Assembly (NCBI GenBank): GCA_040756235.1
Contig: JBFLZG010000090.1
Span: 1 to 64,000 of the forward strand
Length of the DNA stretch: 64,000 nt
Direction: 5' to 3'
Source: a bacterium
Lineage (GTDB): Bacteria; Desulfobacterota; DSWW01
Shown here in pieces: positions 40,471-49,464 of the stretch. The notes under the pieces were generated by a model. That model was not told the DNA's origin. It made no database searches and was given only the letters and a program-made list of their open reading frames with translations. Within the stretch, counting starts at the first letter, position 1. Every line of letters starts with the position of its first letter. A program made the translations under genes and the position numbers.

Positions 40471-41245
40471 GAAACTTGGGTTTTCTTCGTTCGCGGAAAG
40501 CCTGCAGGCCCTCCTGCCCATCCGGGTGCGCCGCGCACACGGCCAGCCCCCTCCGCTCCCTCTCGAGCTGGGTCTCGAAGGAGCTGTCAAAGGAGTCGGT
40601 CAGGAGCTGCTTGGCCCAGCCGAAGGAGTGGGTCGAAATGGCGGTGAGCCCGCGGGCCAGCTGCATGGCTTCTTCCAGCGCGCTCCCGTCCTTCACGACC
40701 CGGGTGGCGAGCCCCCAGCCCAGGGCCTGTTCCGCGGAGATGGGCCGGTCCAACGCCGCGATTTCGAGGGCCCGGGCAAGCCCGACGAGCCTCGGCAGGG
40801 TGAACGTGCCGCCCCCATCGATGCAGAGCCCGCTCGACGTATAGGCCTGCCGCAGGGTAGCGGACGCGGCCAGGACCCGGAAGTCGCAGGCCAGAGCCAG
40901 CGAAAACCCGCCCCCGGCCGCAACGCCGCCGATCGCCGCGACGACCGGCTTGGGCATCCGGCGGATCTCCAGGACCGCCTGGTGGAAGCGGCCGGCCAGC
41001 TGATGAAAGCCGGCGGGCGGTCCGCCCGAAAACGCGGCCGCCCACTTGAGGTCGCCGCCGGCGCAAAAGGCCTTGCCCTCTCCCGTGAGGACCACCGCCC
41101 GGACGGACGAATCGGCCGAAAGGCTCCCGAGAGCATCGGCCATACGGGTGACCATCTCGAGGTCGAAAGCGTTGAACGCCTGCGGACGATTCAGCACGAC
41201 CAGAGCGATGCCGTCGGTCCTGCTGACTTTCACCGATTCGGTCAT
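40460..41245 (-). CDS. Enoyl-CoA hydratase/isomerase (PaaG-like)
   Basis: LNRPQAFNA, AFCAGGDL, PKPVVAAIGGVAAGGGFSLALACDFR, DGGGT; GGAGG RBS at MTESVK. Confidence 0.92.
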   Translation of the reverse strand: MTESVKVSRTDGIALVVLNRPQAFNAFDLEMVTRMADALGSLSADSSVRAVVLTGEGKAFCAGGDLKWAAAFSGGPPAGFHQLAGRFHQAVLEIRRMPKPVVAAIGGVAAGGGFSLALACDFRVLAASATLRQAYTSSGLCIDGGGTFTLPRLVGLARALEIAALDRPISAEQALGWGLATRVVKDGSALEEAMQLARGLTAISTHSFGWAKQLLTDSFDSSFETQLERERRGLAVCAAHPDGQEGLQAFRERRKPKFPVG

Positions 41246-41342
41246 GTCCGTTCCTCCTGCGCGCGTGTGTCGCATGCGGCCCGCCCGGGCTGGGCGGCCA
41301 GTGTCGCAGTGCGGAGCGGTCCCTGTCAAGGAACGCCTTCTT

Positions 41343-41630
41343 CTACGAGTACCCGTACAGCGTCGTCTCCTCCGGCCGGCGCAGGCAGCCCGCGATCTCC
41401 TCCTGGATCTGCCTGCGCTCCGGGTTGTTCTCCCAGAGTGTCCAGTCCTCCAGCTTGTCCCAGGTGCTGATGACCAGGAACTCGTCAGGATTCTCCAGGC
41501 TGCGCAGCGTTTCACCCGATATGTAGCCCCTCTGCCGCATGGCCCGCGCCCTCAGCCGCAGCAAGGTCTGATGGAGCTGCGCCGCGTAGGCCGGCTCGAT
41601 CTCTCTCCGGATCAGCACTCGGATGGCCAT
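41343..41630 (-). CDS. ABM family protein
   Basis: QRGYISGETL, VISTW...W...W...ER. Confidence 0.85.
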   Translation of the reverse strand: MAIRVLIRREIEPAYAAQLHQTLLRLRARAMRQRGYISGETLRSLENPDEFLVISTWDKLEDWTLWENNPERRQIQEEIAGCLRRPEETTLYGYS

Positions 41631-41742
41631 TGTATCGCCTCCTCTGGTTGGGTCTGTTTCCCGCAGTCCGTTATCCGGAGCCCCTCAGGTCCGTGGGCTC
41701 TCTCGCTCTCTTTCCTGCGGCAATCGTCTCCTCCACGACTCT

Positions 41743-41975
41743 TCAGATCTTGGCCAGCGCCAGGCCGATCGAAGCGTACGGGTAGCCATGGAACTCGAGC
41801 ATGAGAGGACGAAGCCGTTCCCAATCGGCGGACAAGTCGGTTGCCCCGTCCACGCGGAACCGGGGTCCGGCCCCATGGTACCAGATCTCTGCGCCTGCGT
41901 CGTCGTAGTCCGTGGTGAGGAGCAGCCTTCCCCCGGGCCGCAGCACTCTGCGGATCTCCCGCTGCAGCGGCGTGC
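41743..41975 (-). pseudogene. C-terminal fragment of a class I SAM-dependent methyltransferase
   Basis: REIRRVLRPGGRLLLTTDY motif with no upstream SAM-binding motif I. Confidence 0.55.
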
Positions 41976-41995
41976 ACGGGTTCTTCAGCCGGGTC

Positions 41996-43135
41996 TCAAG
42001 GGTTTCGCCCTGCATGATCGAGTGTTCGTACCGATGGTCTGTTGCCGCCCCGGGCCTTCCTCTCCCGGGCCGCTTGCACGCTGAGCACCAGCTCGCGGGC
42101 CCGGTGGGCGGCGGTATGGGAGGCGAGAACTCGACTCCTGGCCCGGGCGCCGATGAGCAGACGCTCCTGCTCGGGCACTTCCCGGAGGAAACGGAGCGTC
42201 TCCTCCGGGGAGCGGCTGATCAGGATTTCCCGGCCCGGTACGAAGAAGGAGTCGATCCCCTGCCACGGGTCGCTCACGATCGGCGTGCCGCAGGCAGCCG
42301 CTTCGAAGAGCCGTACGCTCGGTGAGTAACCGGCTCGCACCATGTCGGCCCGGGTGACGTTCAGGGTGAATCGCTGGCGGTTGTAAAAGGAGCCGTGATC
42401 GGCCGGATGGAGATGGCTGAGTCTCTCGATATTCTCGGGCCAGCGCACGTCCTCAGGATATTGGGAGCCGGCGACCGCGAATCGGCCCTCTTTCCAAAGG
42501 CGGGCCGGCTCGATGAGGAGGCTTTCCAGTGCCGGCTGCCGATCCTCGCTGTAGGTTCCCATGTAGCCGAGGTCGTAAGCGGGCTCCAGGCGCTGGGGGT
42601 GGTAGAGGGAGGGATCGACCGAGCCGTACAGCGGGAACGCCCCGGGGGAGCCGTACACGGATTCGAGGATCCCCAGCAAAGGTCCTCCGGAAGAAGAGAA
42701 GTAGATGTCGTAGCGGGGGACGAGGTCGGGCGACAGGTACTCGCAATCTCCGCGGCCGAGTCGGGCCACCGTGACGGGGGTGTCGATGTCGTAGAAAGCC
42801 GTGACCCCTCGGGCCTTCGCGACCACCCACTCGCCCACGCGGATCCCTTCGGGCACGTAGGAGCCGACCACGACCAGCTCGACTGAGCGCACCGGTTCGC
42901 GGAAACGCTCGTCCAGCTCCTCCAGGCTCGTGTACAGCTCGGTCCGGCAGAAAGGGGGGTGGGGCAGGTCGCGGTTCTCGGCGTACCACGGCCGGTCGCG
43001 CTCCAGAAAGAGGACCTCGTGACCGGCCGCCGCGAGCTCCCGCACGAGGGCCCGATAGGTGGTCGCGTGGCCGTTGCCCCAGGACGAGGTGATGGAGAGG
43101 CCGAGGATGGCGATGTGCATTCCGGACTCAGTCAT
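41996..43135 (-). CDS. CgeB-family glycosyltransferase
   Basis: GLSITSSWGNGHATTYRAL, FYDIDTPVT, GTYSEDRQP, FTLNVTR, SPSVRLFEAAACG. Confidence 0.9.
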   Translation of the reverse strand: MTESGMHIAILGLSITSSWGNGHATTYRALVRELAAAGHEVLFLERDRPWYAENRDLPHPPFCRTELYTSLEELDERFREPVRSVELVVVGSYVPEGIRVGEWVVAKARGVTAFYDIDTPVTVARLGRGDCEYLSPDLVPRYDIYFSSSGGPLLGILESVYGSPGAFPLYGSVDPSLYHPQRLEPAYDLGYMGTYSEDRQPALESLLIEPARLWKEGRFAVAGSQYPEDVRWPENIERLSHLHPADHGSFYNRQRFTLNVTRADMVRAGYSPSVRLFEAAACGTPIVSDPWQGIDSFFVPGREILISRSPEETLRFLREVPEQERLLIGARARSRVLASHTAAHRARELVLSVQAARERKARGGNRPSVRTLDHAGRNP

Positions 43136-43249
43136 GCCTGTCCCTCCTCGAGCAGTGGTTCGACCAGGCCGGCCCGAAGAAGATCTCTCACTGTCGCTCG
43201 GAGAAGGCCGCAGGGGTAAGGCCCCCTGCAGCCGGGATCGTTCAGGCGC

Positions 43250-43705
43250 TCAGGACTGCACGATGTGGACGAGTCTGCCGTAATCCGAGTATTCGCCTCC
43301 GTTGCCGCTCACCTCTTTGAAGTCCCCTCGAAGGGCTTTGAGGGCGTAGCGCTCGTAGTCGATTTCCGTCCTCGTTCGGACCCCCATTCGCCGGAACAGC
43401 GGAACCGGCGGACACCAGCCCTGGATGGCGTGCTGGAGCAGAAAAGTCGCGACTACGGCCGGAAACGCGTAGAACCGGCGGTTCAGAAACCTGCCGAGTG
43501 CAAGCCCCAAAAGGGCAAGCGTTGCCGCGTTTGCTTCCAGGACGCGCTCGATGTCCCATTCCCTGTCGAGCTCGCGCAGCCGCTTGTCGATCGCTTCCGG
43601 TCCGCCTGCGGCGTAGCAGCTGATGTTCCTTTCGATTTCTGAGCGGATTCGTTCGTTGATCGGGGTGGGGGTGTGACGCGATACGCGTGTCGTAGAGTGT
43701 TCCAT
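43250..43705 (-). CDS. DUF2892/YgaP-like membrane-domain protein
   Basis: LDREWDIERVLEANA, FLLQHAIQGWCPP, ERYALKALRGDF. Confidence 0.8.
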   Translation of the reverse strand: MEHSTTRVSRHTPTPINERIRSEIERNISCYAAGGPEAIDKRLRELDREWDIERVLEANAATLALLGLALGRFLNRRFYAFPAVVATFLLQHAIQGWCPPVPLFRRMGVRTRTEIDYERYALKALRGDFKEVSGNGGEYSDYGRLVHIVQS

Positions 43706-43736
43706 GAGCGATTCCTTTCGTGAACGATGCAAGGGG

Positions 43737-44447
43737 TTACCGGCTTCTCAGGAACAGCGGGACGCTCGCCCCGATGAGGATTCCCGCTGCGCCCATGGCC
43801 ATGCCCGCGGTCCATGGCCTCTCGTCGAAGGCGCGCGAGACCGTGGCGCCTGCCTGGAGGGCGCGGCGCAGAGAATGTGCGCCTGCCTCTTTCGTCCATC
43901 CGGCCAGCCGGAGGACTGAGCGCATTTCTCTTGCCGGTGCCGGCGCCTGGACGGCTCTCCTGCGTAGGGAGCGGGCCGCACGTTGCGCCTCGGACCCCGC
44001 ACGGCGCTTGTACGCGCGCACGTCGTTCCAGTCCAGGTCCGGGTATGCCGTGGAAAGCCTTTTGCGAGCGGCCGATTTCGAGCGCTTCGAGAACAGCAGT
44101 CCCGCACCCAGCCCGAACATCGCCACCCTCAGCGGGTCTTCTCTGGCCGCATCGACGATGGTGCCGCCGATGCGCCGGGTCGCATTCTGCGCTTTCTCGA
44201 GCGCCGCATCCTTGCCGCGGGAGGCAGCCTCCTTCACCTTGTCTCCGACCTGCTGCCGGATGTTCTGAAGCGACGCTTTCTCACGGATCGCGTCGAGCGT
44301 CTCCTCCATTTCTCCTTGCGTGTTCTCGATTTCGGCGCGGATGCGGTCGAGCTCTTCGTCGCCGGTCCGGTAGAAGGCCTCGCCGCGAGGCTGAGGTGTC
44401 TCTACCGATCCCTCCTCGCCGATCAGTGGATCTGAGTTTTTAGCCAT
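43737..44447 (-). CDS. DUF3618 domain protein
   Basis: IRAEIENTQGEMEETLDAI; C-terminal ERPWTAGMAMGAAGILIG; directly downstream of the holin-like gene. Confidence 0.75.
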   Translation of the reverse strand: MAKNSDPLIGEEGSVETPQPRGEAFYRTGDEELDRIRAEIENTQGEMEETLDAIREKASLQNIRQQVGDKVKEAASRGKDAALEKAQNATRRIGGTIVDAAREDPLRVAMFGLGAGLLFSKRSKSAARKRLSTAYPDLDWNDVRAYKRRAGSEAQRAARSLRRRAVQAPAPAREMRSVLRLAGWTKEAGAHSLRRALQAGATVSRAFDERPWTAGMAMGAAGILIGASVPLFLRSR

Positions 44448-44845
44448 TCCTTGTCCTCCCGCAACGCTTCCAGGGTCTTGCGCGGCGCCGCCTCGATCCG
44501 TCTCAGCCGCACGATGCCCGTGAGCGCGATGGCGCCACCGATCAGTGCGAACGCGCCCGCGACGATCAGGGCCGCGGCCCAGACCTGAAGGTAAAGGGCG
44601 AGCGCCGCTACGGCCGCGCAGGTCAAGGCGAGCAGCGACACCAGGCCCACCATGGCGCCGATCGCCAGCAGGGCGGCTTGACGGCCGGCCCGGCTCACTT
44701 TTTGAAGTATTTCGACTTTCGAGAACTCGATCTCCTTCTGGATCAGAGTCACAGACTCCCTGTAGGCTCTGGCCAGGAGCTCACCGATGTTCTGCTCCTC
44801 CTTGTCTCCGGGTTCTCTGTTTGCGACCTCTTTCATTTCATCCAT
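44423..44845 (-). CDS. Phage_holin_3_6 / YqjE-like membrane protein
   Basis: IGELL...LIQKEIEFSKVE, two TM helices, PRKTLEALREDKEWLK. Confidence 0.82.
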   Translation of the reverse strand: MDEMKEVANREPGDKEEQNIGELLARAYRESVTLIQKEIEFSKVEILQKVSRAGRQAALLAIGAMVGLVSLLALTCAAVAALALYLQVWAAALIVAGAFALIGGAIALTGIVRLRRIEAAPRKTLEALREDKEWLKTQIH

Positions 44846-44989
44846 CGACCATGCCCTCTCATCTGTTGTCCGGAAGGCCTGTGCCCACCGCAGCCGCGGC
44901 CCACTCCGGGAAACGCCAGTAAGCTTTGATGCTCGATCCCTGTCCGCGGGCTTCCGGAGGGCGGCGGCTGGCGCGGAGCTTGCGAATTA

Positions 44990-45131
44990 GTTGTCAGGTT
45001 TCAGGTGTCGGGTTCCGGCACCCCAGCCCGAACTCCACCCAAGACGAAACGATGACGGTACCCGGGGAGGCGGGCGGAGGAGGACCTGACACCTACCACC
45101 TAATACCTAAGACCTGACACCCGGCACCTGG
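44990..45131. repeat. Inverted pair of heptamer tracts
   Basis: GTTGT CAGGTTT CAGGTGT CGGGT ... CCTGACA CCTACCA CCTAATA CCTAAGA CCTGACA CCCGGCA CCTG. Confidence 0.75.
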
Positions 45132-46475
45132 TCACAGCTCGGCCAGACGTACGTTTTCGGGAGAGGACTCGGCTGCGGCAAGCATCTTCCGGAGCTTTTC
45201 CGAGATCGACTTCATCGACTCGGACGGAATGTCGGCGAGCGCTTCCTGGTTGTTGCCCTCCAGGGTGTCGATCACGTACTGGATGGTGTAGCGCTCCGGA
45301 GGATACGCGGGTTGATAGCCCGCGGTCTTCCCCGTCTGCGGGTCTATGACGGCCGCGGCGATGCGCGACTGCACGAGCATGGAAAGAGCGTCCTCCACCA
45401 GATGCGCCGGCAGGTTCAGCTCCTTCGAGATCATCTCCGGCGTGGAAGGGCTGCGGCCGAAGCGGAAATGCTTGACCACGGCGTGCATGACGCCCAGCGC
45501 GATCAGCCGGTGGCGGGCCTGGGTCGCAGCCTTCTTCACCGACACGGGCTCGAGACGATGCACGTTCTGGTGCGCGAACGCGAGCTCGGCCCCCAGCAGG
45601 ACGATGTACCAGCTCAGCTGGAGCCAGATCAGGAAGAGCGGCAGCGCCGCGAAGCTGCCATAGACCGCGTTGAGCCTGCTCACGCCGATCTGGAAGGTGA
45701 GGTAGACCCACTGGACGGCCTGGTAGAGCGCGCCGGCCACGACGGCGCCGAGAAAGCTCGAAACGACGCGGACCCGGGTGTTCGGCATCAGCAGGTAGAG
45801 CAGCGTGAACAGGAGCCAGCTCACGGCGTAGGACAGGAGGCCGAGCATGACCGAGACGAGGGGATTCAGGAACAGCGACGCTTCCGCGATCCCCTCGGCC
45901 TTGGAGCGGACGAGCACGGTCAGACTGCTCGAGACGATGAACAGGACCGGGGCGATGAGCATCATGGAAAGATAATCGCTGAACTTCCTGGCGAGGGGCC
46001 TTTCCTTCTTCACGTTCCAGATCTGGTTGAAGGAGGATTCGATGTTGCCCAGCAAGCGGATCACGGTCCAGAAAAGGAAGGCGACCCCCACTCCGGCCAC
46101 CAGACCCCCTTGAGCCGTGGCCAGCCACTCTCTGGCATAATCCAGGAGGCGCAGCGTGACGTCGTGCTGCTGGGGCGGAATTCTCTGCAGGATCTCCTCA
46201 CGCAGAACCCTGTCGAGACCGAATCCCTTGGCGATCCCGAAGAGCATGGCGAGCAGGGGAACGATGGAGAGCAGCGTGAAGAAGGTCAGGGCCGACGCCT
46301 GCCATGTGCAGCGGTCTTCTCTGAACTTCGCGACGGTGAAGACAATGAGCCTGAGAACGCTGATCCGGAAAACGCGGAACCGCGACAGCTCCTGCGTGGG
46401 AATGTCCCAGATGTCCTGCCGGACGAACCTCCGGTACCGCTCGAGCACGGTTCCTCCCGCGCGGATTGGGCGCAT
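45132..46475 (-). CDS. YihY/virulence factor BrkB family membrane protein with C-terminal HTH-like extension
   Basis: ASALTFFTLLSIVP, IESSFNQIW, PNTRV, VYGSFAALPLFLIWLQLSW. Confidence 0.92.
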   Translation of the reverse strand: MRPIRAGGTVLERYRRFVRQDIWDIPTQELSRFRVFRISVLRLIVFTVAKFREDRCTWQASALTFFTLLSIVPLLAMLFGIAKGFGLDRVLREEILQRIPPQQHDVTLRLLDYAREWLATAQGGLVAGVGVAFLFWTVIRLLGNIESSFNQIWNVKKERPLARKFSDYLSMMLIAPVLFIVSSSLTVLVRSKAEGIAEASLFLNPLVSVMLGLLSYAVSWLLFTLLYLLMPNTRVRVVSSFLGAVVAGALYQAVQWVYLTFQIGVSRLNAVYGSFAALPLFLIWLQLSWYIVLLGAELAFAHQNVHRLEPVSVKKAATQARHRLIALGVMHAVVKHFRFGRSPSTPEMISKELNLPAHLVEDALSMLVQSRIAAAVIDPQTGKTAGYQPAYPPERYTIQYVIDTLEGNNQEALADIPSESMKSISEKLRKMLAAAESSPENVRLAEL

Positions 46476-46635
46476 GATCCTCTTTCGACCTCGTCGATGA
46501 GTGTTGGATGGAGAGAGCGGGACATGCGTTGCGCAGGGGGTGCCCCGGCAAGAGCACGGCTTTTCCACGAGCAATCCCGGAGCAGGCTCTCGAATACGAT
46601 CCCCTGACAGCCGGTGCCCCGACCCATTGTGCGCC

Positions 46636-46674
46636 GTGGGTGCGCCGCCCTCGATCGTCTCGGGCTCAGAACGC
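46636..46674 (-). repeat. Short 3'-terminal remnant of the ~260-nt repeat
   Basis: GTGGGTGCGCCGCCCTCGATCGTCTCGGGCTCAGAACGC. Confidence 0.8.
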
Positions 46675-46766
46675 GCCTTCTCTTTTTTCACCTCTCAGCC
46701 AGCCTTGATGTTAGAATGACAGCTCTTCTTGCTTTTACCTTTCCCCTTTACCTGACGGAGGGCTCC

Positions 46767-47993
46767 ATGAAGCTGTCGCTGCCCCAGCTCCTTTGGTACG
46801 GGAACGGCACGCTGGAGATCGAGCTGCCGGAGACGTGGCAGGTCGAGTGTTGTCCCATGCGCGGCGCCGCCCGGCCGCCCCTGACGCTCGCGCAGATCGA
46901 AGAGGCGATCCGAAAGCCGATCGGCACGGCCGGTCTCAAGGAGCTGGCCAGGGGGAAGAAGAGGGCGGTCCTCCTTTTCGACGACATGACGCGGCCGACC
47001 CGGACCCACGAGATCGCGCCGATCCTGGTCCGGGAACTGACCGCGGGCGGCATCCGGGAGGAAGACATTACCTTCGTCTGCGCCCTGGGCACCCACGGCG
47101 CGCTGACCATGAATGAATTCCGCAAGAAGCTGGGCCCGGGGATCGTCGAGCGCTTCCGCGTGTTCAACCACAACATCTACGAGAACTGCGTGGACGTGGG
47201 CACGACCCCGCGGGGCACCCGGATGCGGGTCAACCGGGAGTACATGGAAGCGGACTTGAAGGTGGCCGTCGGCTGTGTCACGGCCCACGCCCAGGTCGGT
47301 TTCTCGGGGGGCGGGAAGATCATCCTGCCGGGCGTGTCGCACGTGGACAGCATCGCCCATTATCACATCGACGTGGAGGCCATGGGCAAGGAGACCACCG
47401 GGCTGGGCAACTTCGACCGCAACATCCTGCGCTTCGAGATCGAGGAGGCGGCGCGGATGGCCGGGATCGATTTTCTGGTGAACGTGACCGTGAACGGCCG
47501 CGGCGCCACCAGCGCCCTGTTCGCGGGCGACTGGCGCGAGGTCCACGAAGCGGCGGTCCGGCTGGCCAAGGAGTTGTACGCGGCCGACCCCAGGCCGATG
47601 GACAAGGACCTCGTGATCGCCAACGCCTTTGTCAAGGCAAACGAGATGGGCATCGCCGTGCTGCTGGGCGTCCTGGCGCTCAAGGATTTCGCCGGCACGG
47701 TCGTGGTCATCGCCGACTCGCCCGAGGGCCAGGTCGTACACTATCTGCTCGGAAGGTTCGGGACGAGCTACGGCGGCAGGCAGTACCCGATCGCAGCGAT
47801 ACCGCCCAGCATCCGCCTCATCGTGATGGCGCCGCACTTGGACCGGAACTCCGGGGACTGGTTCTCCAACCCCGAGGTCATCACCTGGACCCGGGACTGG
47901 GCGCAGACGCTGGAGGTCCTCAGGCAGACAGTCAAACCTGACGCCCGGGTGGCCGTGGTCCCGAACGCCACGATGCAGTACTACGCTTCGTAG
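46767..47993 (+). CDS. LarA-family nickel-pincer racemase/epimerase (DUF2088)
   Basis: DDMTRPT, ALGTH, AHAQVGFSGGGKIILPG, IAHYH; GGAGG RBS. Confidence 0.88.
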   Translation: MKLSLPQLLWYGNGTLEIELPETWQVECCPMRGAARPPLTLAQIEEAIRKPIGTAGLKELARGKKRAVLLFDDMTRPTRTHEIAPILVRELTAGGIREEDITFVCALGTHGALTMNEFRKKLGPGIVERFRVFNHNIYENCVDVGTTPRGTRMRVNREYMEADLKVAVGCVTAHAQVGFSGGGKIILPGVSHVDSIAHYHIDVEAMGKETTGLGNFDRNILRFEIEEAARMAGIDFLVNVTVNGRGATSALFAGDWREVHEAAVRLAKELYAADPRPMDKDLVIANAFVKANEMGIAVLLGVLALKDFAGTVVVIADSPEGQVVHYLLGRFGTSYGGRQYPIAAIPPSIRLIVMAPHLDRNSGDWFSNPEVITWTRDWAQTLEVLRQTVKPDARVAVVPNATMQYYAS

Positions 47994-48083
47994 GGAGGAT
48001 TGCGTCGGCCTTGCAGGTCGCGAACGCTGCAGCGGATGCCCCCAGTGTAGGGAAGACATCATGACGATCGTCGTTCCGACAAG

Positions 48084-48351
48084 CGTGCGGTGGGCGTGCG
48101 CACGAGGAGGCGAGGGCGAGTCGCGGAGGCCGTCCCGAGTCCCGAAGGCCGGTGGAACGCAGGCCTGTTTCTCGACATCTCGCCCTCTGGCCCGATTTTC
48201 GGGCCAGGCGGTGTGTCCCGATACACCCGGCCCGGGACGAGGGACGAAAAGGGGGACCCGCCCGAAGGGCCGTAGTCTCCGACTCTTGGGAGGAGAACAG
48301 GCCGGAGCGTTCCGAGCCCGAGACGATCGAGGGCGGTGCACCCACCGTACG
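48084..48351 (+). repeat. Full copy of the ~260-nt structured repeat
   Basis: Termini CGTGCGGTGGG...CCCACCGTACG; nested internal stems. Confidence 0.9.
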
Positions 48352-48408
48352 TAACGTATCAATGCACCTCTTATCAGGGAGACCGGCCCGCTCGCGATCC
48401 TGCAGCGT

Positions 48409-48447
48409 TGGTTGGTGGACACGCCGTCGGCTTTGTCCATCCTACCG
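48409..48447 (-). repeat. GTAG-type REP (GTAGG-TGGACAAAGCCG..GGCGTGTCCACC family)
   Basis: Near-identical to 50722-50766 and 51032-51076. Confidence 0.85.
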
Positions 48448-48543
48448 AGTGCTCACGCCGCTCGCTCGCGAGATCTGGCCGTTACAGGCTGCCGGTTCCC
48501 GCGTCCCCTCGTTGTGTTGGCCGCCTTGTTAGGAGGATGCCCG

Positions 48544-49464
48544 ATGCTCAAGCCCAAACCCCGATGGCTGGAGAAGCTGTTTCCCTGGGAACAGAAGGCG
48601 CTCCGGGTCAACGGCCGCACCATGGCATACCTGGACGAGGGGGACCCGGCCGGCCGGCCCGTGCTCCTTTTGTCCGGAAACCCCACCTGGGGGTTCCTGT
48701 ACCGGGACTTCATACGCCCCCTCGCCGACTCTGGCTTCCGTGCGATCGTCCCGGACTGGGTGGGATGCGGCTATTCGGACCACCCGCGCATCGACGCTGC
48801 GTTCACGATGGCCCATCACGTCGCGGACCTTGTGAGCCTCATCGACCAGCTCCGGCTGCGCGGCTTCGTCGTAGTCGGCCAGGACTGGGGCGGGCCGCAG
48901 GGCGTGGGAGCGGCCCTGCAGCGCGCGGAGCGGCTCTCGGCCCTGGTGCTCATGAACACCTGGCTCTTCACCGGGTACGTCGGCAAGTTCCACTCCTCGC
49001 CTCGGCCCTGGACGACCTGGCACGCTCCGCTCATCGGCCAGCTCTTCATGAAGCGCTTCAAGGTACTCTCCCAGCACGGTCCGTCCGCTGTTTCCTGCCG
49101 CGGAATGACCGAGGAGGAGGCGCGGGCCTACCACCACGTCTTCGACGAGCCCGACTCGGACCACGTCGTCCTCACCTGGCCGCGGACCATCCCGATGCGG
49201 GAGGGAGACAGGGGCTGGGCCGACATGCGGGCGATCGAGAGCCGGCTTCCGGAGCTGGCTGCGGCGCCGACGCTGCTCCTCTGGGCCCCGGGCGACAACG
49301 TCTTCACCATGGAATACGCCCGCCGGCTCAAGGAGCTCATGCCGCACGCAGAAGGGCCGGTCCCGTTCGATCGCGCCGCACACTTCCTCCAGGATGACCG
49401 CGGGCCGGACCTGGCCGCCGAGACCGTCGCATTTCTCACCCGCACCGTGGGGCCGAAGATATGA
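48544..49464 (+). CDS. Alpha/beta hydrolase, haloalkane dehalogenase/OleB-like
   Basis: GNPTWGFLYR, PDWVGCGYSD, QDWGG (Asp nucleophile), AAHFLQDD; AGGAGG RBS. Confidence 0.88.
   Translation: MLKPKPRWLEKLFPWEQKALRVNGRTMAYLDEGDPAGRPVLLLSGNPTWGFLYRDFIRPLADSGFRAIVPDWVGCGYSDHPRIDAAFTMAHHVADLVSLIDQLRLRGFVVVGQDWGGPQGVGAALQRAERLSALVLMNTWLFTGYVGKFHSSPRPWTTWHAPLIGQLFMKRFKVLSQHGPSAVSCRGMTEEEARAYHHVFDEPDSDHVVLTWPRTIPMREGDRGWADMRAIESRLPELAAAPTLLLWAPGDNVFTMEYARRLKELMPHAEGPVPFDRAAHFLQDDRGPDLAAETVAFLTRTVGPKI

Noticed and set aside
44423..44845. Prophage suggested by the holin-family gene
   Set aside because: This family with DUF3618/DUF2892/YihY is a common chromosomal membrane cluster; no phage genes are nearby.
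48225..48330. Hammerhead ribozyme within the 260-nt element (GGGACGAAA)
   Set aside because: No CUGANGA core was found in the required position in any copy.
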